A stretch of DNA of 64,000 nucleotides, from positions 640,001 to 704,000 of the forward strand of contig CAWCKW010000012.1 in assembly GCA_963796285.1 (NCBI GenBank), in the 5' to 3' direction. Positions within the stretch are counted from its first letter, which is position 1, and every line of letters begins with the position of its first letter. This document shows positions 10,797 through 21,100 of this stretch, piece by piece. The translations under genes were made by a program, and so were the position numbers. The stretch is from Nitrospirota bacterium. GTDB taxonomy: Bacteria > Nitrospirota > UBA9217. The notes under the pieces are model-generated. The model saw only the letters and a program-made list of their open reading frames with translations. It did not search any database and had not been told where the DNA came from.

Positions 10797-11188
10797 GCGT
10801 CCGCACTCCGAAACGCGATGAAACACTATCTCCGGTCTCAATAAGAAATGAAAAATGTAGCTGCCTCGCGGTGCATAACCCGTCCCGATAATTTGGCATG
10901 ACAATATGCCTGCATCAGGCAGATGTCAACGATAACGATGGGGTATTTTAAAGGTATTCCAGCGAATCTAAAATGTAACATGATATGTTTCAAAGAAATG
11001 CAACTGCAACGACTTTAGGAAGTAGTCTATTATTATTTATGTACACTGTCAAGCGGAGAAGGGGATAACGCAGGTTTAAGAGCTATTCATTGAACACGAT
11101 TGCCTTCACTAAAAATTGCGCTAAAAATGTATTAAAAAAATACGCTCAGACAGAGATCGGCCAAATTCGCAAGCCAGCTGAGGGCGCT

Positions 11189-11224
11189 CTTCAGTATATC
11201 CATCTGAACCCTGTTCGGATCAAG
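11189..11224 (+). pseudogene. Fragment of REP-associated tyrosine transposase (RAYT), C-terminal motif
   Basis: LQYIHLNPVRIK matches the RAYT catalytic YIxxNP motif. Confidence 0.5.
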
Positions 11225-11500
11225 GCTCTGTTTATGAATACTATAGTCGTATGCTTATTTGAAAAGTCTCTTGATATTTATCATTGTTTCTTTATTGTTC
11301 TGTTTGTCGGAATAACATGCATAGATATTAAGAGCAAAACAATATGCTTTATTACTATGGTATAATAATATAGTGTTAGCATAGCTTTTTACTTACGAGA
11401 TGCGTATGCGCGAAAAAAACCATTAATTGAAAGATGTAACCTGTTTTTATTCGTTAATATGAGAGGGGATATTTTGGCTGCTGCATCGACCAAACTAGTT

Positions 11501-13291
11501 ATGAAGAAATATTCGCTCATAATGCTCGTTTTCCCACTGATAACTCTTGTCCTTTCTGCATGCGGTGGCAAGGGGCCGCTGCCGCCGTCTGATACGACTT
11601 CACCCTCGATTAGCGTGACAAGCCCCACCAATGGCGCGCAGAATGTATCGGTATATAGCTCCATTACGATAACGTTCAGCGAAGCGATGGATGCCTCGAC
11701 CATCAACGAGCAAACGATCACGCTTTCCACGGGAACCGGCAATGTTCCGGGATCGGTTACGTATTCGGACAAGGCCGCTGTCTTAAAGCCGGCGTCAAGC
11801 TTGAACCCGGAAACGATCTATACCGTCACGGTTGACGGCGGCGTCAAGGACTTGGCCGGCAATGCCATGGTAACTCCCGTCGGTTTTATCTTCATCTCGG
11901 GAACAGCGCTGATACCAACGACTATGACGCTCAGCGCGCCTGCTGTGACGTACGGCGCAGACGGCATCGTGACGGTGACGGTCAGTTCAGCAACAGGGAC
12001 ACCCACCGGAAACGTGTCATTGAGTGTTGATGGCGGAACCGCGGTCGTGCAGGATCTGATTGGCGGATCTGCGGCCTTCACGATTCCCAGCCCGAGCGAG
12101 GGCACTCATACCTTAAACGCAGCGTATGCTGCACAGGGGAACTTCGGGGCAAGCTCGGCTTCCGGCACCTTAGGCGTAGGTCCGGGAGCGACGACCATGA
12201 CGCTCAGCGCGCCTACGGTGACGTACGGCGCAAATGGCATCGTGACGGTGACGGTCAGTTCAGCAACAGGGACACCCACGGGAAACGTGTCATTGAGTGT
12301 TGATGGCGGAACCGCGGTCGTGCAGGATCTGATTGGCGGATCTGCAGCCTTCACGATTCCCAGCCCGAGTGCGGGCAGCTATACCTTAAACGCAGTGTAT
12401 GCTGCGCAGGGCATCTTCGGAGCAAGTTCGGCCTCCGGCACCCTGATCGTGAATCAGGCATCGACGACGACAACGATCACCGCACCTTCGGTGACATACG
12501 GCGCAGACGGCATCGTGACGGTGACGGTCAGTTCAGCAACAGGGACACCCACGGGAATCGTGTCATTGAGTATTGACGGCGGAGCGGCAAAGACGCAGGG
12601 ACTGATCAACGGGTCCACAACCTACACGATTCACAGTCCGAGCATAGGAAGCCATCCCTTGAATGCGACGTATGCTGCACAAGGTAACTTTGGGGCAAGC
12701 TTGGCTTCCGGCACCTTAGGCGTAGGTTCGGGAGCGACAACCATGACGCTCAGCGCGCCTACGGTGACGTACGGCGCAAATGGTATCGTGACGGTGACGG
12801 TTAGTTCTGCAGCAGGGACACCCACGGGAAACGTGTCATTGAGTATTGATGGCGGAACCGCGGTCGTGCAGGATCTGACCGGCGGATCTACAGCCTTCAC
12901 GATTCCCAGCCCGAGCGTGGGCTCTCATACCTTAAAAGCAGCGTATGCAGCACAGGGGAACTTTGGATCAAGTTCAGCTTCCGGCACATTGATCGTGAGC
13001 CGGGCATCAACATCAACAGGTGTAACATCGTCGCTCAACCCGTCGATCTCCGGCGATCTCGTAACCTTCACGGCTACGGTTACGCCGTCGACAGCGACCG
13101 GGACAGTGACCTTCAAGGACAACACAACGGTCCTGGGCACGGGCACATTGTCCGGCGGTGTAGCGAAATTAAGCACATCTGCCTTGTCCGTTGCTTCCCA
13201 TTCCATTACCGCCGTATACAGCAGTGATACGAATTATGCAGCTTCAACGTCGTCTATACTAACCCAAACTGTAAATAAAAGGCCACATTGA
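11501..13291 (+). CDS. Ig-like domain lipoprotein (SbsA/Big_5-like domain plus Big_3-like repeats)
   Basis: Lipobox LSAC; P..GA.NV..I.ITFSEAMD domain; four ~91-aa repeats (VTVTVSSATGTPTG.V) plus a terminal Ig domain. Confidence 0.85.
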   Translation: MKKYSLIMLVFPLITLVLSACGGKGPLPPSDTTSPSISVTSPTNGAQNVSVYSSITITFSEAMDASTINEQTITLSTGTGNVPGSVTYSDKAAVLKPASSLNPETIYTVTVDGGVKDLAGNAMVTPVGFIFISGTALIPTTMTLSAPAVTYGADGIVTVTVSSATGTPTGNVSLSVDGGTAVVQDLIGGSAAFTIPSPSEGTHTLNAAYAAQGNFGASSASGTLGVGPGATTMTLSAPTVTYGANGIVTVTVSSATGTPTGNVSLSVDGGTAVVQDLIGGSAAFTIPSPSAGSYTLNAVYAAQGIFGASSASGTLIVNQASTTTTITAPSVTYGADGIVTVTVSSATGTPTGIVSLSIDGGAAKTQGLINGSTTYTIHSPSIGSHPLNATYAAQGNFGASLASGTLGVGSGATTMTLSAPTVTYGANGIVTVTVSSAAGTPTGNVSLSIDGGTAVVQDLTGGSTAFTIPSPSVGSHTLKAAYAAQGNFGSSSASGTLIVSRASTSTGVTSSLNPSISGDLVTFTATVTPSTATGTVTFKDNTTVLGTGTLSGGVAKLSTSALSVASHSITAVYSSDTNYAASTSSILTQTVNKRPH

Positions 13292-13389
13292 CGTCACCTG
13301 TGCTTCTCCAGGTACCAGCACGTATGGGACGGCCTTAAGCAGCACGCAGCTTAATGCTTCGGCAGACGCGGCCGGCGGCTTCAGCTGAT

Positions 13390-13600
13390 TTTTTCAACTA
13401 CTGAACCAGTCGATCGACATCTGCACCATCAAGCTTCACAGCTATATCCTGATGGCCAACCATTATCATATGTTCGTAGAAACCTCTCTCGGCAATCGAT
13501 CAGAATTCATGCGTTACTTAAAAAATGCTTACATCGGATTCTACAATAGACAGAGCAGGCGAGTCGGCCATCTCTGCCAAGGAAGATACAAAACCATTCT
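13390..13600 (+). pseudogene. Fragment of RAYT/Y1 transposase, N-terminal HUH region
   Basis: LHSYILMANHYHMFVET...FYNR...VGHLCQGRYKTIL. Confidence 0.75.
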
Positions 13601-13657
13601 CTATATTTCGACATTTATTTTTCTATATCCGCGATTTGAACATATCGGTGATTTGTC

Positions 13658-14065
13658 ATGAGCTATTTAAAATGGAGCGATAAGTATTCGCTCAATGTTA
13701 CGGAGATCGACGAGCAGCACAAAAAACTTGTCAGCCTCGTGAACGACATGTACGACGCGATGCACGCAGGCAAAGGCAGGGATATGATAGGAACGGTCAT
13801 AGCCGAGTTCGTGGATTATACCGATTATCATTTTAAGGCGGAGGAACGGCTGCTGCGCCAAAGTGGGTATCCGGACTATGACGAGCACAAGAAGATGCAC
13901 GAAAACCTGTCCAGAAAAGCGCACAGCATCAAGGAGGCTTTCGACAGGGGGAATACACCGAGCGCGATCGAGGTGATGCTTCTCCTGACAAATTGGCTGA
14001 ATATCCACATCCTCGAGGAGGATAGAAAATATAAGCCCTATGCTGAAAGAAAGGCTACGAGTTAG
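13658..14065 (+). CDS. Single-domain bacteriohemerythrin
   Basis: IDEQHKKL, HFKAEE, EHKKMH and HILEED diiron motifs. Confidence 0.92.
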   Translation: MSYLKWSDKYSLNVTEIDEQHKKLVSLVNDMYDAMHAGKGRDMIGTVIAEFVDYTDYHFKAEERLLRQSGYPDYDEHKKMHENLSRKAHSIKEAFDRGNTPSAIEVMLLLTNWLNIHILEEDRKYKPYAERKATS

Positions 14066-14385
14066 AAAGAAATGCTTGATAAGATGGAAGGAACACCTTT
14101 AGACAGGGCATATCCACCACCACGTTCTTATATCTTGCAACGCCTTGATAAGTAAGAATTCAACTCATTGGTCAACAACAAGAATCATCCAATTGCTGGT
14201 CTGCACCGTGAAAATAAACGGGTAATCCGTCTGATGCACCAGTTCTCACTCGCAAGGTCATTGATCTGACCAGTGCTATTTTTAGTAAGGCGTGTAAAAG
14301 AACAGTTTGAGATGATATGCTGTGCAGAAATAGAATTTGACAGTGGTGGAGTCAGGTGTTATAGATTAAGCAAGAAGTTCATATC

Positions 14386-14472
14386 GATCCCGATAAAGCC
14401 AAACCCTTTGCAGAAGGGTGCGGAATGCAACGGGTCTTTTAAGTTGGAAGACAGCCGGGCTGCCGAAGGATT
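14386..14472 (+). ncRNA. GEMM-I (cyclic di-GMP-I class) riboswitch
   Basis: GCCAAACC-stem-GCGGAATGC..GGGTCT..AGACAGCCGGGCTGCCGAA closely follows the GEMM-I consensus; followed by a terminator-like hairpin. Confidence 0.75.
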
Positions 14473-14500
14473 CGTCTTTGGTATGCGCGGCTTTTTTATT
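14462..14500 (+). terminator. Putative riboswitch expression-platform terminator
   Basis: gccg...cggc followed by tttttt, overlapping the 3' end of the aptamer. Confidence 0.5.
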
Positions 14501-14574
14501 TATGGGCAGGTGAAGGCATGTACACTGCCGGGTATGATGTATGGCGAATTGGGCTGGAAAAGGAGGTAAAGCTT

Positions 14575-15027
14575 ATGAATACTTCTATCACAGTGGGACA
14601 GGTATTGAGGACAAAGGGGCATGGTTTCCACGCTATCGCCCCGGATGCGACGGCATACGATGCACTGGAACTCATGGCGGACAAGAACGTCGGCGCCCTG
14701 ATGGTAACAGAGAACGGGAATCTTGTGGGTGTGTTTTCAGAACGCGACTACGCCCGCAAGGTGATCCTGAAGGGAAAAGCTTCGAAGAGCACTACGGTGC
14801 GGGAGATCATGACCAGCTCGCCGATCAGCGTCAAGCCTGCAGTGACCTTACGGGAATGCATGGTGCTGATGACGCATAAAAGGATCCGCCATTTGCCGGT
14901 CCTGGACAATAACGTGATCCTCGGCGTCATAAGCATTGGTGATGTCGTCAATGCCATCATTTCGGAACAGGAATCGACGATCGAGGAACTTCAGGAATAT
15001 ATTGCCGGCACGGGATACCGTGCGTAG
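14575..15027 (+). CDS. CBS-pair domain protein
   Basis: RBS AGGAGG; GVFSERDYARKV, RIRHLPV, GVISIGDVV. Confidence 0.9.
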   Translation: MNTSITVGQVLRTKGHGFHAIAPDATAYDALELMADKNVGALMVTENGNLVGVFSERDYARKVILKGKASKSTTVREIMTSSPISVKPAVTLRECMVLMTHKRIRHLPVLDNNVILGVISIGDVVNAIISEQESTIEELQEYIAGTGYRA

Positions 15028-15118
15028 CGGTTCTCTTGTTCACTCGCACGGTACTCGGGACCTCCGGATCAGGGTGCCATTTTGACCAAGGAGGAGGGAG
15101 ATTGTGCGGCGTGTCATC

Positions 15119-16474
15119 TTACGGTCTGTTTCCGTAAGTACTCCGCGGCGGAGATACGGCATCGAGCAGTCGGAGGAACGCGTCCCGCGTCGTTTCGCTG
15201 TTGAGGATGCCTACATGCGTCTCGTTGAACCCGATCACCTTTGTGGCACTTGTCTGCACGGAGGGGACTAACTGGGATCGGAGAGTTACCGAGCCGTCGC
15301 TGCTTTCTCCCAGTTTGAACTTCGAGGTATCGTTGTAGGAAAAGAAAAGATAGAAAGGCAATTGTTTCGGGAAGGGCCTGCTGGTCAGGTCATTGAGAAA
15401 AGAACTCGGCGCCCCGATGTCTCGCCACGCCGGAACTACGACCGGTGCGTTGTCTATCCACTTCCGGGCAGATTCATCACCGCCATAGGGCGTGGAAAAT
15501 GAGCAGAACAGGGTGAGAGAAGACGGGAACCCCTCTGCCGAAAGCTTATTGATCGCGGAAAGCGCCACCAAGCCGCCCATGCTGTGGGCAGCCAGCACGA
15601 TCTTGGGTCCGCCGTTCTTCGATCGCTTGTCAATCGTTTCGATCAATTGCGCCAGCAGGGTCCCGAGCCTGTCAAGCGGCAGGCCGGAGGGATAATAAAA
15701 AAAGAAGGGCTGAAAGCGGCTGCGGTCCAGTCCGTCGGTCATGTACTTCCAGTCCCGCGGTGTGCCCGAGATGCCGTGAACGAACAGGACCATGGTCTTT
15801 TTTTCGTTGTAATCCTCGAGACCAAAGAAAAAACCCTGGGTATGTGCTATCAGTTCCGATGGATTATAGAGGCCCGTATTGCCGTATTTCGGATCGAAAA
15901 ACTCGTCATCGAGCGATTTGTAGACGTAGCTGGTCGGCCGTACTGTTTCGCTGAGATGAAAGTCGACCTTTCCCGGATGATCGAAGTCAACGGTGATAGG
16001 CGGTACATTCTCGAAGACTCCGCCCTTGGCATTTTCGCGACCGACGGTCACCTTCATTCCACCGATTAATTCATTCCATTCGTAATCTCCATTTCTGTCA
16101 AGATCAGCGAATACATAAAGCTCATAGTCTCCCTGAGGGAGAAAGGCCATATAGGCATCCACCGATGCCTTGGGGAGTTGCACAAGAGCGACTATTTCGT
16201 TCTCCCGATATTTATTGCTTACCGCGACGAGCAGCAAGGGTTCTTGCCGTTTCTGGTTCCTGATGATCTGCCCTGAGAGGATCAGAGAATCTTCTGGTGA
16301 AACTTGATTCAACGCCGACATGCTTGGTATGAACTCTAAGGTCTGGCGCCAGTGCACCTTACGCATATAATAGCTGCCGTAGCCGCAGCCGGAAACGGTC
16401 AAGGCACAGGTTGCGAGGAGGGAGAGTAGGATGATCGGGTGTTTGAGCAGGGACGTAAGATGATGATAAGGCAT
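15119..16474 (-). CDS. Lipoprotein alpha/beta hydrolase (lipase/esterase-like)
   Basis: Lipobox-like VSGC; FVHGISG oxyanion motif; AHSMGG nucleophile elbow; SDGSV and a C-terminal His. Confidence 0.8.
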   Translation of the reverse strand: MPYHHLTSLLKHPIILLSLLATCALTVSGCGYGSYYMRKVHWRQTLEFIPSMSALNQVSPEDSLILSGQIIRNQKRQEPLLLVAVSNKYRENEIVALVQLPKASVDAYMAFLPQGDYELYVFADLDRNGDYEWNELIGGMKVTVGRENAKGGVFENVPPITVDFDHPGKVDFHLSETVRPTSYVYKSLDDEFFDPKYGNTGLYNPSELIAHTQGFFFGLEDYNEKKTMVLFVHGISGTPRDWKYMTDGLDRSRFQPFFFYYPSGLPLDRLGTLLAQLIETIDKRSKNGGPKIVLAAHSMGGLVALSAINKLSAEGFPSSLTLFCSFSTPYGGDESARKWIDNAPVVVPAWRDIGAPSSFLNDLTSRPFPKQLPFYLFFSYNDTSKFKLGESSDGSVTLRSQLVPSVQTSATKVIGFNETHVGILNSETTRDAFLRLLDAVSPPRSTYGNRP

Positions 16475-16726
16475 GGAGAGCGAAATCTCCTTTGTGCAGG
16501 GAATTAAGGAGACTGTGGCAGAATGTTACCTATCCGTAATAATCCTGAAAAGAGCATTTAGCCACAGAGTATGCAGAGATCATCAAGAAAAAAACCTCGA
16601 CCCGAAAAAATATATCGCCACACAATTAGGTCCTTTGACAAGCAATTCTGGAAGTCTTTATTGCTTACTTTCCGCGGGCAACTGCTGATCTTGGAGATTG
16701 CGAGTTTTTAGCAGTTACGGGAGAGG

Positions 16727-18436
16727 TCAGGATCTCGGATCTTGAGCCTGTACCTTTTTCATTTCCTCATCACGGAGCACTCTCCTGAGCACCTTGCCCA
16801 CAAGGGTCTTCGGGAGCTGGTCGCGGAACTCGACCTCTTTCGGAACCTTGAACTTTGAGAGCTGCTCGCGGCAGTACTGGATGATTTCGTCCTTAGTGGC
16901 GGTCACGCCTTCCTTCAATACTATATAGGCCTTGATCTTCTCCCCCTTGAATCCATCAGGGAGACCGACGACGACAACATCCTTCACCTTGGGGTGGGTG
17001 AACAGGACCTCCTCAACCTCCCGGGGGTAGACGTTCTCGCCCACGGTCTTGATCATGTCTTTGATGCGGTCTACGATGAAAAAGTAGCCTTCCTCGTCCA
17101 TCTTGGCGATGTCACCGGTGTGGAGCCACCCGCCTCGAAGTGCATGGGCTGTTTCGTCGGGATTGTTCCAGTATCCCTTCATCACCTGCGGGCCTTTGAC
17201 CACGAGCTCTCCGGTCTCGCCAACAGGCATTTCCTTTTCTCCGGTCTCAATGTCCACTATTCTAGCATCCATGTCCGGGAACGGCAGACCGATGCTCCCC
17301 AACTTCCGCCTGCCGAAAACGGGATTGCAATGGGTGACAGGGGAGGCCTCAGACAGACCGTAGCCTTCCACGATCCGGGCCTTGGTCAACTGCTCGAACC
17401 GTTCCTGCACCTCGTGCATGAGCGGGCCCGCGCCGCTGATTGCGGCCTTGATCGATGTGAGGTCGTACTTTTGTATCTTCTTGTAGTTGCCGATCGCCAG
17501 GTACATGGCCTGGATGCCAGGGAAGATCGTGGGCCGATATTTGTTGATGACCTCGAGCACCTCTTTGGTGTGGAATTTGGGGAGGATGATCAGTTCAGCG
17601 CCCATGAGCACCCCGAGATTCATGGCGGTGGTCATGCCGTACACATGGAAAAAGGGAATGACGGCCAGGATCCTCTCTTCGCCCTCCTTCCCGCTTTTGA
17701 GCCAGACCTTGTTATGCACAGTATTTGCAATGAGGTTTCGGTGCGTGAGGATCGCGCCCTTGGGCGTACCGGTCGTTCCGCCGGTGTATTGTAAAATGGC
17801 TATGTCGTCGGGGGATACAGCGGTTATGACCGGAGTAGCCTGGGCTTCACTGAGCAGGGACAAAAAGTCATAGATCGGCGGCACCCGCTTAACGCTCACC
17901 CATTGCTTATCGATCTTCGCCTTGATGGGGTACAGCAGGTTCAGCGGGAAGGGAAGGTAGTCCTTGATGCCGCAGAGGATGAGCTTCTTGACGCATGTTT
18001 TGGGAAGGGCGCGGGAGATAGTAGGATAGAACATGTCCACGGCCACGAGTATTTCGGCGCCGCTGTCCTTGAGTTGGACCTCAAGTTCGTGTTCGAGGTA
18101 GAGGGGATTGGTGGCAACGGCGATGGCGCCTATCCTGAGCGTCCCATAATAGGCGATGACCATCTGCGGAATGTTCGGAAGCATGAGCGCCACCCGGTCT
18201 CCCTTTTTGACCCCGAGGCCGGAGAGGGCGTGGGAAAATCTGTTCACGAGACCGTCAAGCTGGGCGTACGTTATTCTCTTGCCGAAAAACAGAAGTGCGG
18301 TATGTCCGGGGAACTTCGCAACGGTCTGGGACAGGACGTTTCCGAGGGTCAACTCGGGGTAGGTAAGGCTGGAGGGGATTCCCGGCTCATAGAATTTAAC
18401 CCAGGGATGGTCGGCATAAGACGGAACGACGGTCAT
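16727..18436 (-). CDS. fadD: Long-chain-fatty-acid--CoA ligase
   Basis: YTGGTTGTPKG AMP-binding motif, EGYGLSE, HTGD, LPKTLVGK. Confidence 0.9.
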   Translation of the reverse strand: MTVVPSYADHPWVKFYEPGIPSSLTYPELTLGNVLSQTVAKFPGHTALLFFGKRITYAQLDGLVNRFSHALSGLGVKKGDRVALMLPNIPQMVIAYYGTLRIGAIAVATNPLYLEHELEVQLKDSGAEILVAVDMFYPTISRALPKTCVKKLILCGIKDYLPFPLNLLYPIKAKIDKQWVSVKRVPPIYDFLSLLSEAQATPVITAVSPDDIAILQYTGGTTGTPKGAILTHRNLIANTVHNKVWLKSGKEGEERILAVIPFFHVYGMTTAMNLGVLMGAELIILPKFHTKEVLEVINKYRPTIFPGIQAMYLAIGNYKKIQKYDLTSIKAAISGAGPLMHEVQERFEQLTKARIVEGYGLSEASPVTHCNPVFGRRKLGSIGLPFPDMDARIVDIETGEKEMPVGETGELVVKGPQVMKGYWNNPDETAHALRGGWLHTGDIAKMDEEGYFFIVDRIKDMIKTVGENVYPREVEEVLFTHPKVKDVVVVGLPDGFKGEKIKAYIVLKEGVTATKDEIIQYCREQLSKFKVPKEVEFRDQLPKTLVGKVLRRVLRDEEMKKVQAQDPRS

Positions 18437-18736
18437 AAGAGACCTCCTGTAGAGTGTTCGGGGCCGTCTTGCTCTGGTTCAACGGCCGAGGGGTATATCA
18501 GAGATATTTAGTCCTGATCCCGACATGCCGGAACCAAGAGCAGCTGGATCAAAGTTATTGACCCGGATAACAGCGGAATAAAGCCCATGAGAAATAATGA
18601 GCCTTCATAACTTCAATCAGTGTAAATCATTGTTAAAGTCGTTACTGTTTTCTGCGCACATTGGTTGAATATGATTCAAAAGTTATTAAAGCTCGTGTAC
18701 CTAACTATACCATATCCTGGAGCAAGGGGCGGTGGG

Positions 18737-19994
18737 CTATCGTTTCCCTCTCGACTGGAAGCGGCGTTGACCGGAGGGGTGAGGGGCCGCCTGACGGGCC
18801 TGCCGGGCCCTGTCTGCCGTAAGTTTTTCTTCCGCGGATCTTCTGATCTCCCGGACATACATGCTGTCTTCGGCCCAATCCACAGGGATCTTCTGGCCGA
18901 TGAATTTCTCGATATCTTCGAGCGAATATACATACTCCTCGTCGGCGAGGCTGATTGCCTTGCCGGTCAAGCCGGCGCGGCCCGTGCGGCCAATGCGATG
19001 CACATAGTCCTCGGCGTCCTGGGGGAGGTCGTAGTTGATCACGTGGGTCACGCTTTCGACGTGGATGCCCCGGCTCGCCACATCGGTGGCCACGAGGATG
19101 GGGAGCTTGCCTTCCTTGAATTCCGCCAGGATCCGGAGCCTTTTTTTCTGCTCGATTTCGCCGGTGATAGCCTGCGCCTTCCAGTTATTGCGGTTCAGAC
19201 GCTCGACAACCATTTCTGCTGCGCGCCGGGTGTTCACGAAGATGATCGCAGCGGTTCGGTTCTTCCTTTTTGAGGATGCCGAGCAGGAGGGGTATCTTCT
19301 CATGCTTTCCCACGTGGTACAGTACCTGCTCCACCTGCTCAACCGTGACCTTCTCGGGCGTGATCGAGATCTTTTCAGGAAGGTTCATGTGCTCGTAGGC
19401 GAGCTCCATGACGCGGTAGGAGAGCGTGGCTGAGAAGAGCATGGACTGGCGCTTGGTATAAGGCTGCATTTTCTTGAGGAGAAACCGCAGATCGTCGATG
19501 AACCCCATGTCGAACATGCGGTCCGCTTCGTCAATGATCAGGTAGCGGGTTTTCTTGAGACTGTACACATGCTGCTTGAGATAATCGATGAGCCTGCCCG
19601 GCGTTCCGATAAGTACGTCCACGCCTTTCTGGAGCGTATCCATCTGTTTCTGGTAATCGATGCCGCCATACACGGCGAGGAGGCGGAAGCCGGTAAATTT
19701 TCCAAGCCGGGCGGCTTCATGGTATATCTGGTCCGCAAGCTCGCGCGTAGGTGCGATGATCAGTGCCTGGGGTGAGTCCCCGAGATCCACGGCCGGATTT
19801 CTGATCATCCGGGAGAAGAGCGAGATGAGAAAGGCCGCTGTCTTGCCTGTGCCCGTCTGCGCCTGCGCAGCAACGTCTTCTCCGCGCAGAGCCCGTGGTA
19901 TCACCGCTTCCTGCACCGGCGTGCATATGGTAAAGCCCGCGTGCTCTATTCCTTGTTTAACTTCATAGGGCACATCCAATTCACTAAAATTCAT
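18737..19994 (-). CDS. DEAD-box RNA helicase (RhlB-like); frameshift near 19260
   Basis: AQTGTGKT, PTRELA, DEAD, SAT in 19185..19994; DVASRG and HRIGRTGR in 18737..19342. Confidence 0.88.
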
Positions 19995-20482
19995 ACAGCT
20001 CCAATCTCAGTTGCGGACATTTCGTCAACAAATTATTTTGCATAGTATACCATAAGTGACGATACGAGAGAAAGAGAATTATGAAAAATCTTCCTGGAAA
20101 GTTTATTCATACTAGTTCAGATGGACTTATTGACGGCAGCTTGTTACTGAAAAAAGAATGACTCGATGATTGAGGATTTCAATGCTCCTGTATCAGAACA
20201 GAATTCAGTATACCCTGTGCGCGAGACGATAGCCATGAAGAATAGAACGGCTGTTTACGCGGCAATTATCTTCTCTTTAATCTGATGGTAACGTTAAATA
20301 TGATTTTTCAGCCGATTCTAAAACATATTTTAATAATGAGAGAGCAGATGAAAGTAAGAACAAGTTAAAATTGGTTATATTTCATGAATAACCCATTAAA
20401 TTAAGTACCATTATTAATTGTGTGGATTCAACTGTTGATAAATTGTCTAACATGCGGAAACATAATTTCTTTTATTTTCTTG

Positions 20483-20517
20483 TTGACAAAACAGACACTC
20501 TTGTAGTATATTTTGTC
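20483..20517 (+). promoter_or_regulatory. Sigma70-type promoter with overlapping inverted repeat (putative operator)
   Basis: TTGACA (20483) N18 TATATT; GACAAAA...TTTTGTC inverted repeat spans it. Confidence 0.6.
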
Positions 20518-20533
20518 CACGAGGTGAAAAAAG

Positions 20534-21100
20534 GTGCTGACAAAACTCTTCTCCTCGACCAGAGCAGAGCTTTTAGGCCTGTTCTTTAATAATCCTGATG
20601 ATCGCTTCTATTTAAGAGAGATAGCGCGCCACATCGGAAAAGATGCGGCAGGGATCAAGCGGGAGCTCGACAAACTGGTCAAGATCGGGCTTCTTGCAGT
20701 AGAGAAACGGGGCGTTCAGAAGTACTACTTCGCAAACAGGCACTCTCCGATCTTCTCGGAGATGAAGGGGTTGATCTTTAAAACCACGGGAGTCCAGGGC
20801 GCGATGAAGACCTCGCTCTCCCGACTGAAAGGAGTCAAGACCGCATTTATTTACGGCTCCTATGCCAAAGGGGCAGAAAAAGAGGACAGCAACATTAACC
20901 TCATGGTCATCGGCCAGGCGAATATCACGGAACTGAATGACATGGTCATGGGCCTTGAGGAGAAGCTTAACCGTGATATTGATTACCTTGTGTTTGATGA
21001 GCAGGAATATAAGAAGCGCAAGGAGTCGAAGGATCCCTTCATCCGGGAGTTGTTAAAAGGTAAAAAGATATTCCTGGTAGGCAAGGAAGATGAATTATAA
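20534..21100 (+). CDS. wHTH + minimal nucleotidyltransferase (MNT) protein, catalytic DxD replaced by NxN
   Basis: YLREIAR wHTH; YGSYAKG...SNINL where the family has GS...SDID. Confidence 0.8.
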   Translation: MLTKLFSSTRAELLGLFFNNPDDRFYLREIARHIGKDAAGIKRELDKLVKIGLLAVEKRGVQKYYFANRHSPIFSEMKGLIFKTTGVQGAMKTSLSRLKGVKTAFIYGSYAKGAEKEDSNINLMVIGQANITELNDMVMGLEEKLNRDIDYLVFDEQEYKKRKESKDPFIRELLKGKKIFLVGKEDEL

